Assembly: GCA_963702695.1 (NCBI GenBank)
Contig: CAVPDS010000008.1
Location: forward strand, 85,979 to 149,978
From: an uncultured Alphaproteobacteria bacterium
GTDB taxonomy: Bacteria; Pseudomonadota; Alphaproteobacteria; Rhizobiales; Xanthobacteraceae
DNA: 64,000 bases
Direction: 5' to 3'
Shown piece by piece: positions 1 to 12,309 of this stretch. The translations under genes were made by a program, and so were the position numbers. The notes under the pieces are model-generated. The model did no database searches. It worked only from the letters and a program-made list of their open reading frames with translations, and was not told the DNA's origin. Each line of letters begins with the position of its first letter. The first letter of the stretch is position 1.

Positions 1-1
1 G

Positions 2-772
2 CAGAAATACCGCCGCGCGCTGTTTGCGCTCTACGCGTTCAACCTCGAGATCGCGCGTGTGCGTGAGGTGGCCCGTGAACCCGCGCCGGGCGAAATCCGG
101 CTGCAATGGTGGCGCGATGCGTTCGCCGGTGCGGGTCATGGTGAGGTCAGGGCGCACCCCGTGGCGGCCGCGCTGCTCGACACGGTGGTGCGCTATCGGC
201 TGCGCCCGCAGGTGCTGACCGACCTGATCGAGGCGCGTTCGTTCGATCTCTACGACGATCCGATTACCGCGCTGGCCGAGCTCGAAGGTTATGCGGCCAA
301 GACCGCATCGGCGCTGATCGAACTCGCCGCGCAGATCCTTGAGGACGGACGCGATCCCGGCGCAAGTGAACTCGCCCGCGCTGCGGGGATGGCTTCGGCG
401 GTCACCGGACTGTTGCGCGCGTTCCCGCAGCACGCCGCGAGGCGCCAGCTTTATGTCCCGCTCGAAGTCCTGCAACGTCACGGCGCCCGCGCCGAGGAAG
501 TGTTCGCGGGCAAGGCGACGCCGGAGCTGGGTGCCGCGCTCGCCGACATGCGCGGTTACGTGCGCGAGCATCTCGATGCCGCGCGAGTGTTGATCGCGGC
601 CGCGCCGCCAACCATCATTCCCGCGCTGTTGCCGCTCGCGTTGGTGCGTCCCAGCCTCAAACGCATGGAGCGCCGGCGTTACGATCCCTTCCGTCCGGAC
701 GATGTCCCGCAATGGCGAAGGCAATGGATCATCTGGCGCGCCGCGCGCAAGGGGATCGCGATGTTTCTGTGA
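2..772 (+). CDS. Phytoene/squalene synthase family protein (NDUFAF6-like), 5' end cut by window edge
   Basis: Frame is open from base 2 (QKYRRALFALYAFNLEIARVREV...) to the stop at 770-772. The RLQWWRD and DLIEARSFDLYDDP segments fit the head-to-head isoprenoid synthase fold. The track start at 59 is an internal GTG. Confidence 0.7.
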   Translation, partial: QKYRRALFALYAFNLEIARVREVAREPAPGEIRLQWWRDAFAGAGHGEVRAHPVAAALLDTVVRYRLRPQVLTDLIEARSFDLYDDPITALAELEGYAAKTASALIELAAQILEDGRDPGASELARAAGMASAVTGLLRAFPQHAARRQLYVPLEVLQRHGARAEEVFAGKATPELGAALADMRGYVREHLDAARVLIAAAPPTIIPALLPLALVRPSLKRMERRRYDPFRPDDVPQWRRQWIIWRAARKGIAMFL

Positions 773-787
773 GAGGAGAAGCCATCA

Positions 788-2206
788 TCACTCCGCCGCG
801 ACGCATGGCGCGCCGGCGATCCATTGGTCGAGGTCGGCCAGCGCGCGGCGGCTGATCGCGCGTTTCTTCGCCAGGGTCTTGGCAGTGCCGCGCAGGCGCT
901 CGCCGTTCTCATCCTTGTTCGGGATGCGCGCGAGCGGCGGGAACAGGCCGAAGTTGATGTTCATCGGCTGATAGGAGCGCGCGCCGGCGTCGATCGTCTC
1001 GACATGGCCGCCGGTGATGTGGCCGAGCAGCGCGCCGTGCGCCGTGGTCGGCGGCGGCGGGGCGAACGTTTCTCCCAAGCGCTCGGCGGCGGCGAAGCGG
1101 CCGGCAAGCAGCCCGATCGCGGCCGATTCCACATAGCCCTCGCAGCCGGTGATCTGGCCGGCGAAGCGCAGCCTCACATCGGCCTTGAGACGCAGCGTCG
1201 GATCGAGCAGCTTCGGAGCATTGAGGAAGGTGTTGCGGTGCAGCCCGCCCAGCCGCGCGAACTCGGCATTTTCGAGGCCCGGGATGGTGCGGAAGATGCG
1301 GGTCTGCTCGCCGTGTTTGAGCTTGGTCTGGAAGCCCACCATGTTGAACAGTGTGCCGAGCTTGTTGTCCTGGCGAAGCTGCACGACGGCGTAGGCCTTC
1401 ACATCCGGCGTGTGCGGGTTGGTCAGCCCGAAGGGCTTGAGCGGCCCGTGGCGCAGCGTTTCGGGACCGCGTTCCGCCATCACCTCGACCGGCAGGCAGC
1501 CGTCGAAGTAGGGCGTGTTCTCCCATTCATGGAAGGCCACCTTGTCGCCGGCGACCAGCGCCGCGACGAACGCTTCGTACTCGTGGCGGGTCATCGGGCA
1601 GTTGATGTAGTCCGCGCCCGAGCCGCCCGGGCCGGCCTTGTCGTAGCGCGACTGGAACCAGGCGGCCGACATGTCGATCGAGTCGCGATGCACGATCGGC
1701 GCGATCGCATCGAAGAAGGCGAGTGCGTCCTCACCAGTCGCGCCGGCGATGGCCGCGGCGAGCCCCGGCGAGGTGAGCGGACCGGTCGCGATGATGACAC
1801 TGTCCCACTCCGCCGGCGGCAGCGCGATCTCCTCGCGCCGTACCTCGATCAGTGGATGCGCCGCGATCGCGTCGGTGATCGCGTCTGAGAAGCCGTCGCG
1901 ATCGACCGCCAGCGCGCCGCCAGCCGGCACTTGGTTCGCGTCGGCGGAGCGCATCACCAGCGAGCCAAGCCGACGCATCTCCGCGTGGAGCAGGCCGACG
2001 GCGTTGTGCTCCGGGTCGTCGGAGCGGAACGAGTTCGAGCATACAAGCTCGGCGAGGCCCGATGTCTTGTGGGCGGCCGTGGTGCACAGCGGCCGCATCT
2101 CGTGCAGCACGACCGGCACGTTGCGCCCAGCGATCTGCCAAGCCGCTTCCGAGCCGGCAAGGCCGCCGCCGATGACGTGAACGGGCAGGTTGGTGTTCAA
2201 AGGCAT
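788..2206 (-). CDS. trmFO: Methylenetetrahydrofolate--tRNA-(uracil-5-)-methyltransferase TrmFO (Gid)
   Basis: 472 aa. N-terminal FAD fold [16 protein letters not shown]. Full-length Gid/TrmFO-like sequence ([22 protein letters not shown]). ATG at 2204-2206. Confidence 0.9.
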   Translation of the reverse strand: MPLNTNLPVHVIGGGLAGSEAAWQIAGRNVPVVLHEMRPLCTTAAHKTSGLAELVCSNSFRSDDPEHNAVGLLHAEMRRLGSLVMRSADANQVPAGGALAVDRDGFSDAITDAIAAHPLIEVRREEIALPPAEWDSVIIATGPLTSPGLAAAIAGATGEDALAFFDAIAPIVHRDSIDMSAAWFQSRYDKAGPGGSGADYINCPMTRHEYEAFVAALVAGDKVAFHEWENTPYFDGCLPVEVMAERGPETLRHGPLKPFGLTNPHTPDVKAYAVVQLRQDNKLGTLFNMVGFQTKLKHGEQTRIFRTIPGLENAEFARLGGLHRNTFLNAPKLLDPTLRLKADVRLRFAGQITGCEGYVESAAIGLLAGRFAAAERLGETFAPPPPTTAHGALLGHITGGHVETIDAGARSYQPMNINFGLFPPLARIPNKDENGERLRGTAKTLAKKRAISRRALADLDQWIAGAPCVAAE

Positions 2207-2254
2207 GCCGGCAACCTATGTCCGGCGAAGGGGGGCCACAACGGCTCGCCGCTA

Positions 2255-2287
2255 CCAAAAGAAAGCGCCCGCACGTGGCGGGCGCGT
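2255..2287 (-). terminator. Rho-independent terminator downstream of the DUF1127 gene
   Basis: Stem gcgcccgc (2265-2272) pairs with gcgggcgc (2278-2285) around a 5-nt loop. On the minus strand it is followed by TTTCTTTT (2257-2264). Confidence 0.6.
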
Positions 2288-2307
2288 TCAGAGGTTTGGC
2301 GAGGGTT

Positions 2308-2460
2308 TCAGCGGGAAGCCGAATCCCAGGCGACACGCGGGATTTCCGAGCGGCTGATGCCGATGTCGGCCAATTCGCGGTCGCCGAGCTGCGAGAGTTC
2401 GCGCAGGCTGGCGTTGTAACGCCTCCAGGACTGGAAGAAGCGGAGGACTGCAAGAAACAT
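2308..2460 (-). CDS. DUF1127 domain small protein
   Basis: MFLAVLRFFQSWRRYNASLRELSQLGDRELADIGISRSEI matches the DUF1127 pattern (R....L..L.D..L.DIG..R.di). ATG at 2458-2460 is preceded by AAAGGGGA. The longer track ORF start is unlikely. Confidence 0.7.
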   Translation of the reverse strand: MFLAVLRFFQSWRRYNASLRELSQLGDRELADIGISRSEIPRVAWDSASR

Positions 2461-2596
2461 GGGTTTTCCCCTTTCATTCTTGTTAACCACCATAGCGGCG
2501 GAGAATCACACTGAAAGGAAAATAAGGCTAGGTTGTGCATCGCAGCAGTATTTATGTTGCGCTGCAGCCAAGCGAAAACGCATGGCTTGCGCGACA

Positions 2597-3544
2597 TCAT
2601 TTTTTAACGGCGCCTTGAGGCCCTCCAAGACGCCGCCGCGCGGCGACAATCACCGCTGGAACGACGCCTTCGTTGGCGGGCGCCATGATGTGGACGCCGG
2701 CGACGCCGGGGATAGCCGAGAATGCCTCGATCAGGTCGACGCAGACCTTGGCGCCTTCCGCCGAGGGATCGGTGGCGCGCTCCAGCCGCTCGACGATGGC
2801 GTCCGGGATGATGGTGCCGAACAGGTGCTGCTTCATCCAGCGGGCCGACTTGGCTGAGCGCAGCGGGGCGATCCCGACGAGCAGGAAAAGTCCGCGAGTC
2901 GCCTCGGTCTCCGCCAGCCGTTGCGCGTAGCGGCGCACGATGCCGGCATCCATGCAGAACTGGGTCTGGGCGAAGGCTGCGCCGGCGGCGACTTTGGCGG
3001 CAAGCTTCGCCGGCACCCAGCCGGGCGGCGGGTCGATCGGCATGTCGGCTGCGCCGAGGAAGAAATTCGCCTTGCCGCCGATCTTGCGGCCGGACGGCAA
3101 CTCGCCGCGATCCCGGATCGCCCGCGCCATGGCGGTGAGCGCGGTTGCATCGATGTCGAACACCGGCTTGGTCTCGGGCTGGTCGCCCGCGGAGGGCGCA
3201 TCCCCGGTCAGGCACAGCAGGTTGTGGACGCCGCAGGCGGCCGCTCCGATCAAGTCGGCCTGCAACGCGATGCGGTTGCGGTCGCGGCAGGCGAGCTGGA
3301 GGATCGGCTCGATCCCGTGGCGCACCAGGATCGCGGCGGCGATCGGCGCAGCCATGTGGGTGCGGGCGCTGGCACCATCGGTGACGTTGACGGCATCAGC
3401 GAGGCCCTTGAGCGGGAGCGCCTTGCGGATGAGGTCCTGCGGGTCGCACGACAGCGGCGGCGTGAGCTCGGCGGTGATGACGAATTGGCCGGCCCGCAGC
3501 AGCGTTTCAAGGTGGGAGCAGATCGGCGCGGCGGGCTCGCTCAT
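2597..3544 (-). CDS. Methylenetetrahydrofolate reductase family protein
   Basis: 315 aa. TIM-barrel MTHFR-like segments (FVITAELTPP, VNVTDGASARTHM, LACRDRNRIALQADL, HNLLCLTGD). The exact subfamily was not resolved. Confidence 0.65.
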   Translation of the reverse strand: MSEPAAPICSHLETLLRAGQFVITAELTPPLSCDPQDLIRKALPLKGLADAVNVTDGASARTHMAAPIAAAILVRHGIEPILQLACRDRNRIALQADLIGAAACGVHNLLCLTGDAPSAGDQPETKPVFDIDATALTAMARAIRDRGELPSGRKIGGKANFFLGAADMPIDPPPGWVPAKLAAKVAAGAAFAQTQFCMDAGIVRRYAQRLAETEATRGLFLLVGIAPLRSAKSARWMKQHLFGTIIPDAIVERLERATDPSAEGAKVCVDLIEAFSAIPGVAGVHIMAPANEGVVPAVIVAARRRLGGPQGAVKK

Positions 3545-3717
3545 CGCATGACCGGGGAGGTTTCGGGGCTCCGCCTCATCAGCGGACGGCGCGGGAGGGA
3601 ATGTCCGTCGTTATATAGCGGGTCTTCACCGTCAGGCTAAGCGCACCGGCCGCCTTCCTGGACAGGGCAGGGCCCGGACCGCTAAAAGCACGGCACCACA
3701 ACGGAAAACGAGTTGCG

Positions 3718-6372
<2,655 letters not shown>

Positions 6373-6397
6373 AGCATGTTCCGTTCAGGTTGATCCG

Positions 6398-6480
6398 CTC
6401 ATTCCCGCGCCAGTGGGAATCCGGGGGCTGGTTCCGACAGTGGTACCTTTTGCCCTGGTCCCCGCTTTCGCGGAGACGAG
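6398..6480. repeat. REP-like intergenic palindromic elements
   Basis: attccc...gggaat palindrome at 6401-6420. gtccccgctttcgcggagac at 6458-6477 belongs to the same family as ggtccccgccttcgcggggacgac at 54488-54511. Confidence 0.5.
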
Positions 6481-6503
6481 CGGAATTCCGAGTTCAAGGA
6501 GCA

Positions 6504-6539
6504 GACCGCGGCAGTGCGATCAAGCAGCGGCCGCGGTCT
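6504..6539. terminator. Hairpin between convergent alaS and icd (possible bidirectional terminator)
   Basis: gaccgcggc (6505-6513) pairs with gccgcggtc (6530-6538). The flanking T/A tracts are weak. Confidence 0.35.
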
Positions 6540-6544
6540 TCCGC

Positions 6545-7759
6545 CTACGCCGTCATCGCCTTCTTCAAATTCTCGTCGATCTTGTCGAGGAAGCCCGTGG
6601 TGGTGAGCCACTTCTGATCCGGCCCGATCAGGAGGGCCAGGTCCTTGGTCATGTCGCCGGCCTCGACCGTATCGACCGTTACCTTTTCCAGCGTGTGGGC
6701 AAATTTTGCGAGCTCGGCGTTGTCGTCGAGCTTGGCGCGGTGAGCGAGCCCGCGGGTCCAGGCGTAGATCGAGGCGACCGAGTTGGTCGAGGTCTGTTCG
6801 CCCTTCTGGTGCTGGCGATAGTGGCGTGTGACGGTGCCGTGGGCGGCTTCCGCCTCGACCACCTTGCCGTCGGGGGTGGTCAGTACCGACGTCATCAGGC
6901 CAAGCGAGCCGTAGCCCTGCGCCACCGTGTCGGACTGCACGTCGCCATCATAGTTCTTGCAGGCCCACACGTAGCCGCCCGACCACTTGAGCGCCGCCGC
7001 CACCATGTCGTCGATCAGCCGGTGCTCGTAGGTGATCTTCTTGGCGGCGAACTTTTCCTTGAACTCGGCGTCGAAGATCTCCTGGAAGATATCGGCGAAG
7101 CGGCCGTCGTAGACCTTGACGATGGTGTTCTTGGTCGAGAGATAGAGTGGATAATTGCGGGCGAGCGCAAAGTTCATCGAGGCGCGCGCGAAATCGCGGA
7201 TCGAATCATCGAGATTGTACATCGCCATCGCGACGCCGGCGCCGGGGAACTGGAAGACCTCGCGCTCGATCTTGTTGCCGTCGTCGCCGACGAACGTCAG
7301 ATACAGCTTGCCCTTGCCGGGCACCTTGAAGTCGGTGGCGCGGTACTGGTCGCCGTAGGCGTGGCGGCCGATGATGATCGGCTTGGTCCAGCCGGGCACC
7401 AGCCGCGGCACGTTCTTGCAGATGATCGGCTCGCGGAAGATGACGCCGCCGAGGATATTGCGAATCGTGCCGTTGGGCGAACGCCACATTTCCTTGAGCT
7501 TGAATTCCTTCACCCGCCCGGCGTCGGGGGTGATCGTGGCGCATTTGACGGCGACGCCGACCTTCTTGGTCGCTTCGGCGGCGTCGATCGTGACCTGGTC
7601 GTTGGTCGCGTCGCGGTGCTCCATGCCCAGATCGAAATACATGAGATCGATGTCGAGGTAGGGATGAATCAGTTTGTCCTTGATGTATTTCCAGATGATG
7701 CGAGTCATCTCGTCGCCGTCCATTTCGACGACGGGGTTCTTGACCTTGATTTTCGCCAT
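6545..7759 (-). CDS. icd: NADP-dependent isocitrate dehydrogenase (homodimeric, eukaryote-like type)
   Basis: 404 aa. [24 protein letters not shown]-terminus, followed by [18 protein letters not shown] and GTVTRHYR motifs. Confidence 0.95.
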   Translation of the reverse strand: MAKIKVKNPVVEMDGDEMTRIIWKYIKDKLIHPYLDIDLMYFDLGMEHRDATNDQVTIDAAEATKKVGVAVKCATITPDAGRVKEFKLKEMWRSPNGTIRNILGGVIFREPIICKNVPRLVPGWTKPIIIGRHAYGDQYRATDFKVPGKGKLYLTFVGDDGNKIEREVFQFPGAGVAMAMYNLDDSIRDFARASMNFALARNYPLYLSTKNTIVKVYDGRFADIFQEIFDAEFKEKFAAKKITYEHRLIDDMVAAALKWSGGYVWACKNYDGDVQSDTVAQGYGSLGLMTSVLTTPDGKVVEAEAAHGTVTRHYRQHQKGEQTSTNSVASIYAWTRGLAHRAKLDDNAELAKFAHTLEKVTVDTVEAGDMTKDLALLIGPDQKWLTTTGFLDKIDENLKKAMTA

Positions 7760-7961
7760 TTAGAAGAGCCTTCGCGAGCGTCCGATGTCGGGCAGGGGCA
7801 GCGGGATGGGTAAAGGACGGCCAGCGCTCGAACGGCCGCGCCCCAGTCCCGGCGCGCGCGCTATAGCATCGGTGGGCGAAGCGCGAAAGCGGCCAGAGGA
7901 GGGCAGGTGTGGCGGCGTGGGAGAGTACCGGACGGCAGGATCGGCCCCGGGCGGCGCGGCG

Positions 7962-8339
7962 TCATTCCTCGGCCAGCGTCCAGCCGCGGCGGCCGTGGGC
8001 CTTGAACGAGCGCGATCGCGACAGCATCACGCTCAGCGAGTTGCGCGGCTGGTTGCCGCCGAGCGTGATCCCGATCTCCTTGAGGTGATCGAGAATCCGG
8101 ATGGTGGGAACTGGTCCGTTCTGCTCGCGCAGGAATGCGATCGTGGCTTCGGTGGCGGTACGCCAATTGCTGGTGAGCCGGTAGGTATGCTGCCCGCGTT
8201 TACGCCGCGAAGCGGAGACGTAGTTCTCGCGCAGCGTCTTGAGGATCAAGAGCTTGCGCTGACACTCGTCGAGTTCGTGCTCGCGTTCGACGATTTCCTG
8301 ATCCAGCACCTGCAGGAAATGGTTACCTTCGTCCATCAT
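7962..8339 (-). CDS. Hypothetical protein with N-terminal coiled coil and C-terminal winged-helix-like module
   Basis: Start taken at MMDEGNH (ATG 8337-8339; the track ORF extends further upstream). The C-terminus ATIAFLREQNGPVPTIRILDHLKEIGI...SLSVMLSRS...GRRGWTLAE resembles Mrr_N/HARE-type wHTH modules. An AT-richer spacer follows upstream of the gene. Confidence 0.45.
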   Translation of the reverse strand: MMDEGNHFLQVLDQEIVEREHELDECQRKLLILKTLRENYVSASRRKRGQHTYRLTSNWRTATEATIAFLREQNGPVPTIRILDHLKEIGITLGGNQPRNSLSVMLSRSRSFKAHGRRGWTLAEE

Positions 8340-8743
8340 GCACACTGCCTTGCTCGTTCTCGTGTTACGCGACGAACGTTCCAGATGACCGTGTGGCTGC
8401 GCTTCGTCATGCGCAAACCGCCCGCCACTGCCAACCAAACGCTCTGGGGAGTCGGCAAAAATCCCCAAAATTTCAATATGTTAGAAGTTGTCGAAACCTG
8501 TGACCCAGGCAGCAACAAAGATGCAATATTACAAAAAGCTGCTTGGGTGCCGCGGCGATGTCTCGCAAAATCAAGCGTAAGGTTGCGAACAAACTCCGCG
8601 TTTGCAGTTAGTTAACCGCTCCCTCGTGGAATTCAACAGAGTTCCATGCGCGATATTGCCGCTGCCGAGGCCGTTAATGCATCGGGACCGCTCCCGTTCC
8701 GTGTTAAGAGCCTCCCGGATTTGGCAACGGGATCAGGCTTGAC

Positions 8744-9637
8744 TTGGTTAGGCTTCCGACATTGCGAGAGGCGCGGGGTGCGGTCGGCCGCTGGCGCCGC
8801 CGTGTGCGCCGGCGCTTGCTGGAGCCAGTGCTGGTCGGTCATGAGACCTTTCGCGAGACCGTGCTGAACGCGCTCGCGGTACGGGGACACCTAGTCTACT
8901 GTCGAATGGGCGATGCCGCTTTTTTCGTCGATCCTTCCGACCGCGCGGTAGGCACGCAACTCATGTGGCGCGGTCACTGGCAGCGCGAGGAGGTCGAGCG
9001 GGCGATCGCGCTCCTGTCGCAGGCCGGCCGGTTGCCGCCCGATGCGGTGTTCGTCGATGCCGGGGCCAATATCGGGACGCAGACCGTGTACGCGATGCAG
9101 AGCGGCCGTTTCAGCCGCGCATTCGCATTCGAGCCGGAGCCGCGCAACGCCGCGCTGCTGCGGATGAATCTGGCGGCGAACGGCCTGACCGAACGCGTCG
9201 CCGTGATCGAGCAGGCGGTGGGCGAACGCGCCGGCGTCGCGACGCTCCATCTCCATCCCCGCAACAAGGGCCATCACAGCATCGGGACGCCGCCGTCCTA
9301 CGACGGCCTCGATCGCATCGAGGTGGCGGTGGTGCGGCTCGACATGGCGTTGGCGGCGGCGGGGGTAGCGGCCGGCACGGTCGGCTTGATCTGGATCGAC
9401 GTAGAAGGGTTCGAGCCCGAGGCGACGCGCGGGCTGGGTGCCATGCTCGAACAGCGCGTACCGCTGGCGCTCGAATACACGCCGGACCGCTATGGCGCCG
9501 CGGGCATGCGCGATCTCCTGGCGCTGCTGGGGCGGCACTACAAATCGCTGCACAATCTCAGCGAGCCGCACGCCGAGGCCAAGCCGGTCCAGGCGCTGGC
9601 GGACATCCGCGGCGGCGCGGATGTGCTGATCTTCTGA
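8744..9637 (+). CDS. FkbM family SAM-dependent methyltransferase
   Basis: VFVDAGANIGTQTVYA SAM-binding motif and an FkbM-like C-terminal half (WIDVEGFEPE). The track start at 8744 is TTG, so the true start is uncertain. Confidence 0.65.
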   Translation: MVRLPTLREARGAVGRWRRRVRRRLLEPVLVGHETFRETVLNALAVRGHLVYCRMGDAAFFVDPSDRAVGTQLMWRGHWQREEVERAIALLSQAGRLPPDAVFVDAGANIGTQTVYAMQSGRFSRAFAFEPEPRNAALLRMNLAANGLTERVAVIEQAVGERAGVATLHLHPRNKGHHSIGTPPSYDGLDRIEVAVVRLDMALAAAGVAAGTVGLIWIDVEGFEPEATRGLGAMLEQRVPLALEYTPDRYGAAGMRDLLALLGRHYKSLHNLSEPHAEAKPVQALADIRGGADVLIF

Positions 9638-9643
9638 CGCGCG

Positions 9644-10843
9644 ATGGCAGGCTCCGGCACCGACAAGACCAAGACCTGGATCGCGGCGCCGGCGCCAACG
9701 GTGATCCTGGTCGAGCCGCAGCTTGGCGACAACGTCGGCGCGACCGCGCGCGCGATGGCGAACTTCGGGCTCTCCGAGCTTCGCCTGATCAAGCCGCGTG
9801 ACGGCTGGCCCAATCCGCGCGCCTGGGTGGCGGCGTCAGGCGCGGACCGCGTGCTCGACCAGGCCAGGCTATTCGACACCGTCGAAGCCGCGATCGCGGA
9901 TTGCAGCTTCGTGCTGGCGACTACGGCGCGCGCGCATGATCAGGCCAAGCCGGTGATCTCCCCGGAGCAGGCGGCGCGCATCGCGGCGCCGCGGATCGCA
10001 GCCGGCGAAACCGTCGGCATGCTGTTCGGGCGCGAGCGGTACGGCCTCGAGAATCACGAGGTGGCGCTCGCGGACCGCATCGTCACGCTGCCGGTCAACC
10101 CGGCCTTCGCGTCGCTCAACCTCGCGCAGGCCGTACTGGTCGTCGCCTACGAATGGTTCAAGCATATTTCGGGCGGCGTGCTGCCGTTCGCGATGCCGAG
10201 GAAATCCGATCCTGCGCCGCGCGAGCAGCTTCTGGCGTTCTTTCGCGATATCGAACGCGAACTGGAGCGGGTCGAGTTCTTTCGTCCGCCCGAGAAGCGC
10301 GCCACCATGACGATCAACCTGCGCAACATCTTCCATCGCATGGAGCCGACCCGGCAGGACATCCAGACCCTGCACGGCGTCATCATGGCGATCGCCGAGG
10401 GCCGCAAGGGACCGGCGCGCGGCGGCGTGCTTAACGCGGAGGAGTCCGAACGGCTGCGAGCGCTGATCGCTGAGCACGGGCAGGGACGCGTCGCATCGGA
10501 GCGCGGGCCGGTGCGCGGGCTTGCGCGGCTCCTGCGGCGCAATCCGACCGAAGCCGAACGGCGGTTCTGGGACACGATGATCAAGGACCGGCGCTTCGCC
10601 GGCCGCGGCTTCAAACGCCAGACGCCGGTCGGCGCCTACATTCCCGACGTCGTGTCGTTCGAGTTGCGTTTGGTGATCGAACTGCTACCCGACGATGAGA
10701 GCGAGGCCGCGCTGCAGGCGCGCGCCGAGCGCCACACATGGCTCGCCGAGCGCGGCTACCGGATCGTTACCTTCGCCGCGCGCGAGGTCGAGACGGATAT
10801 CGCGGGCGTGCTCGACCGGCTCGAAACTCTGCTCAGCCCTTGA
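9644..10843 (+). CDS. SpoU/TrmJ-type tRNA/rRNA 2'-O-methyltransferase fused to a C-terminal DUF559 (Vsr-like endonuclease fold) domain
   Basis: ATG at 9644. N-terminal VILVEPQLGDNVGATARAMANFG and LNLAQAVLVVAYEW (SPOUT knot). Residues about 285-399, RNPTEAERRFWD...FKRQTPVGAYIPDVVSF...RGYRIVTF, match the DUF559 pattern. There is no stop between the two modules. Confidence 0.75.
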   Translation: MAGSGTDKTKTWIAAPAPTVILVEPQLGDNVGATARAMANFGLSELRLIKPRDGWPNPRAWVAASGADRVLDQARLFDTVEAAIADCSFVLATTARAHDQAKPVISPEQAARIAAPRIAAGETVGMLFGRERYGLENHEVALADRIVTLPVNPAFASLNLAQAVLVVAYEWFKHISGGVLPFAMPRKSDPAPREQLLAFFRDIERELERVEFFRPPEKRATMTINLRNIFHRMEPTRQDIQTLHGVIMAIAEGRKGPARGGVLNAEESERLRALIAEHGQGRVASERGPVRGLARLLRRNPTEAERRFWDTMIKDRRFAGRGFKRQTPVGAYIPDVVSFELRLVIELLPDDESEAALQARAERHTWLAERGYRIVTFAAREVETDIAGVLDRLETLLSP

Positions 10844-11618
10844 TGACCTTCATCGCGCCCGCGATCCCCGCCCGCAGCAGGCCGAGGTCGCTCGCGACCG
10901 CGAGGAAACGCACGCCGCGCCTGGCGAGCGCCACCGCGCGCTCGGCGGTCGGGCAGAATGCGCCCATGATCTTGCCGGCCTTGTGCGCGGCCTCGGTGAT
11001 GCGGTCGATCTGCGCATCGACCTCCTTCGACATCGGGTCGAGCGTGCTGCCGTTCGAGAGCGCGATCGAGAGATCGGACGGGCCGAGGAACAGCGCGTCG
11101 ATGCCGTCCGTCCCGGCGATCGCGGCGAGATTGTCGAGCGCGGTACGGGTCTCGATCATGGCGAGCGTGACCGTGCTTGCGTTCGCCTCGCGCAGATAGA
11201 CCGCCTGGTCCGCGATCCCGGCGAGCATCATGGCGCGGTGCGGCCCCCAGCTTCGCTCGCCGAGCGGCGGATATTTGGTCGCCGCAACGAAGGCGCGCGC
11301 GTCGGCGGGCGTGTTGATCATCGGCGAGATGATCGCTTCGGCGCCGAAATCGAGCGCGCGGCTGGCGGTGGCAAAATCGCCGAGCGGGACGCGCACCACC
11401 GGCGCCGCGCCGGCGTGTCGGATCATGCCGACCGCTGCGACCATCTGTTGGAGGTCCCAGAGGCCGTGCTGCATGTCGACGGTGACCGCGGAAAATCCCT
11501 CGCGCGCCAGGACCTCGGTCACGATCGGCGCGGCGAGCGCGCACCAGCCCGAATATACGATTTCGCCGGCGCGAAGCCGGCGGGCGAGAGAGAAGCCGTT
11601 GCTCGGCACGATGCTCAC
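10833..11618 (-). CDS. HpcH/HpaI family aldolase (2,4-dihydroxyhept-2-ene-1,7-dioate aldolase-like)
   Basis: 261 aa. VTVDMQHG, VRVP, MIETRTAL and FLGPSDLS motifs of class II pyruvate aldolases. GTG start at 11616-11618. Overlaps the convergent upstream gene by 11 nt. Confidence 0.8.
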   Translation of the reverse strand: MSIVPSNGFSLARRLRAGEIVYSGWCALAAPIVTEVLAREGFSAVTVDMQHGLWDLQQMVAAVGMIRHAGAAPVVRVPLGDFATASRALDFGAEAIISPMINTPADARAFVAATKYPPLGERSWGPHRAMMLAGIADQAVYLREANASTVTLAMIETRTALDNLAAIAGTDGIDALFLGPSDLSIALSNGSTLDPMSKEVDAQIDRITEAAHKAGKIMGAFCPTAERAVALARRGVRFLAVASDLGLLRAGIAGAMKVIKG

Positions 11619-11628
11619 TCCAGTTCGT

Positions 11629-12309
11629 TCATTCCAAACGTTCGATGATCATCTGATAGGTTTTCGCAAGCACGCGGATGCGGCCGGCCTCTGCGCGGAT
11701 AAAGTCGTCGATCGCCGGCTGCGGGCGTTCCTGCGGCGGCATCGAGCGTCCCCATTCGTAGTCATCCCAGATGATGATGCCACCGGGCGCGAGGATCTGC
11801 CAGACGCCGGCTGAATCTTCCATCACCTCGTCGCGGCGGTGGCTGCCGTCGATATAGGCGAGATCGAACCGGCGCTGCGCCTGCGCGAGCTGTGCGAGCG
11901 CCGGACCGGAGCGGCTCTTGATCTTTTCGACCCGATTCGTGAACCGCGCGAGGTTGCGATCGAACCGCTGCTCGGCGCCGCGGATCTGGTCGCGCAGTCC
12001 GTCATACACATAATCTTCTTCCGCCGTGCCGCCGAACGTATCGATGCACAGGATGCTCGCGCGCGGAAAAAAGTTGAGGAAGAAAACCGCCGAGCGGCCC
12101 TCCCACGATCCGATCTCGAGGATGCGCAACGGCGCCTCGCGCAGCGGCGAGAGCACGCGCCGCCATGCTGTGAAGTTGCCCGAGGTCCAGTCGGTCGTGA
12201 AGTCCTTGTCCGCGAACCACGAACGGTAGCGCCGCCGGTCGAAGATTTTTTCGATCCGATGCGGACGCCAGCGTAGTGCCGCTGGACGCGCGCGTGCCGC
12301 CGGTGTCAT
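11629..12309 (-). CDS. Class I SAM-dependent methyltransferase (Methyltransf_24-like)
   Basis: ILEIGSWEGRSAVFF glycine-rich SAM loop and LAYIDGSH motif. Its ATG overlaps the stop of the upstream DUF1476 gene (ATGA). Confidence 0.7.
   Translation of the reverse strand: MTPAARARPAALRWRPHRIEKIFDRRRYRSWFADKDFTTDWTSGNFTAWRRVLSPLREAPLRILEIGSWEGRSAVFFLNFFPRASILCIDTFGGTAEEDYVYDGLRDQIRGAEQRFDRNLARFTNRVEKIKSRSGPALAQLAQAQRRFDLAYIDGSHRRDEVMEDSAGVWQILAPGGIIIWDDYEWGRSMPPQERPQPAIDDFIRAEAGRIRVLAKTYQMIIERLE

Noticed and set aside
824-1888. Long antisense or off-frame ORFs in the track. Examples: 824..1888 opposite trmFO, 5011..5865 and 3682..4443 opposite alaS, 6239..7813 opposite icd, 27020..28459 opposite purB, 41716..42843 opposite hpaB, 48981..50453 opposite coxL, and 60341..61501 opposite tctC.
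   Set aside because: Their translations are Arg/Ala/Gly/Pro/Asp-rich with no recognisable motifs. Each fully overlaps a gene with strong family signatures. This is the typical shadow-ORF artefact of high-GC DNA.
3545-3717. Riboswitch or leader upstream of the MTHFR-like gene (SAM-II or cobalamin), and upstream of purC at 12630-12992 (ZTP/pfl)
   Set aside because: I could not find the conserved cores of these motifs by eye, for example a ZTP ccgcctgggc-type 3' segment or the SAM-II pseudoknot consensus. A covariance-model scan would be needed, so no claim is made.
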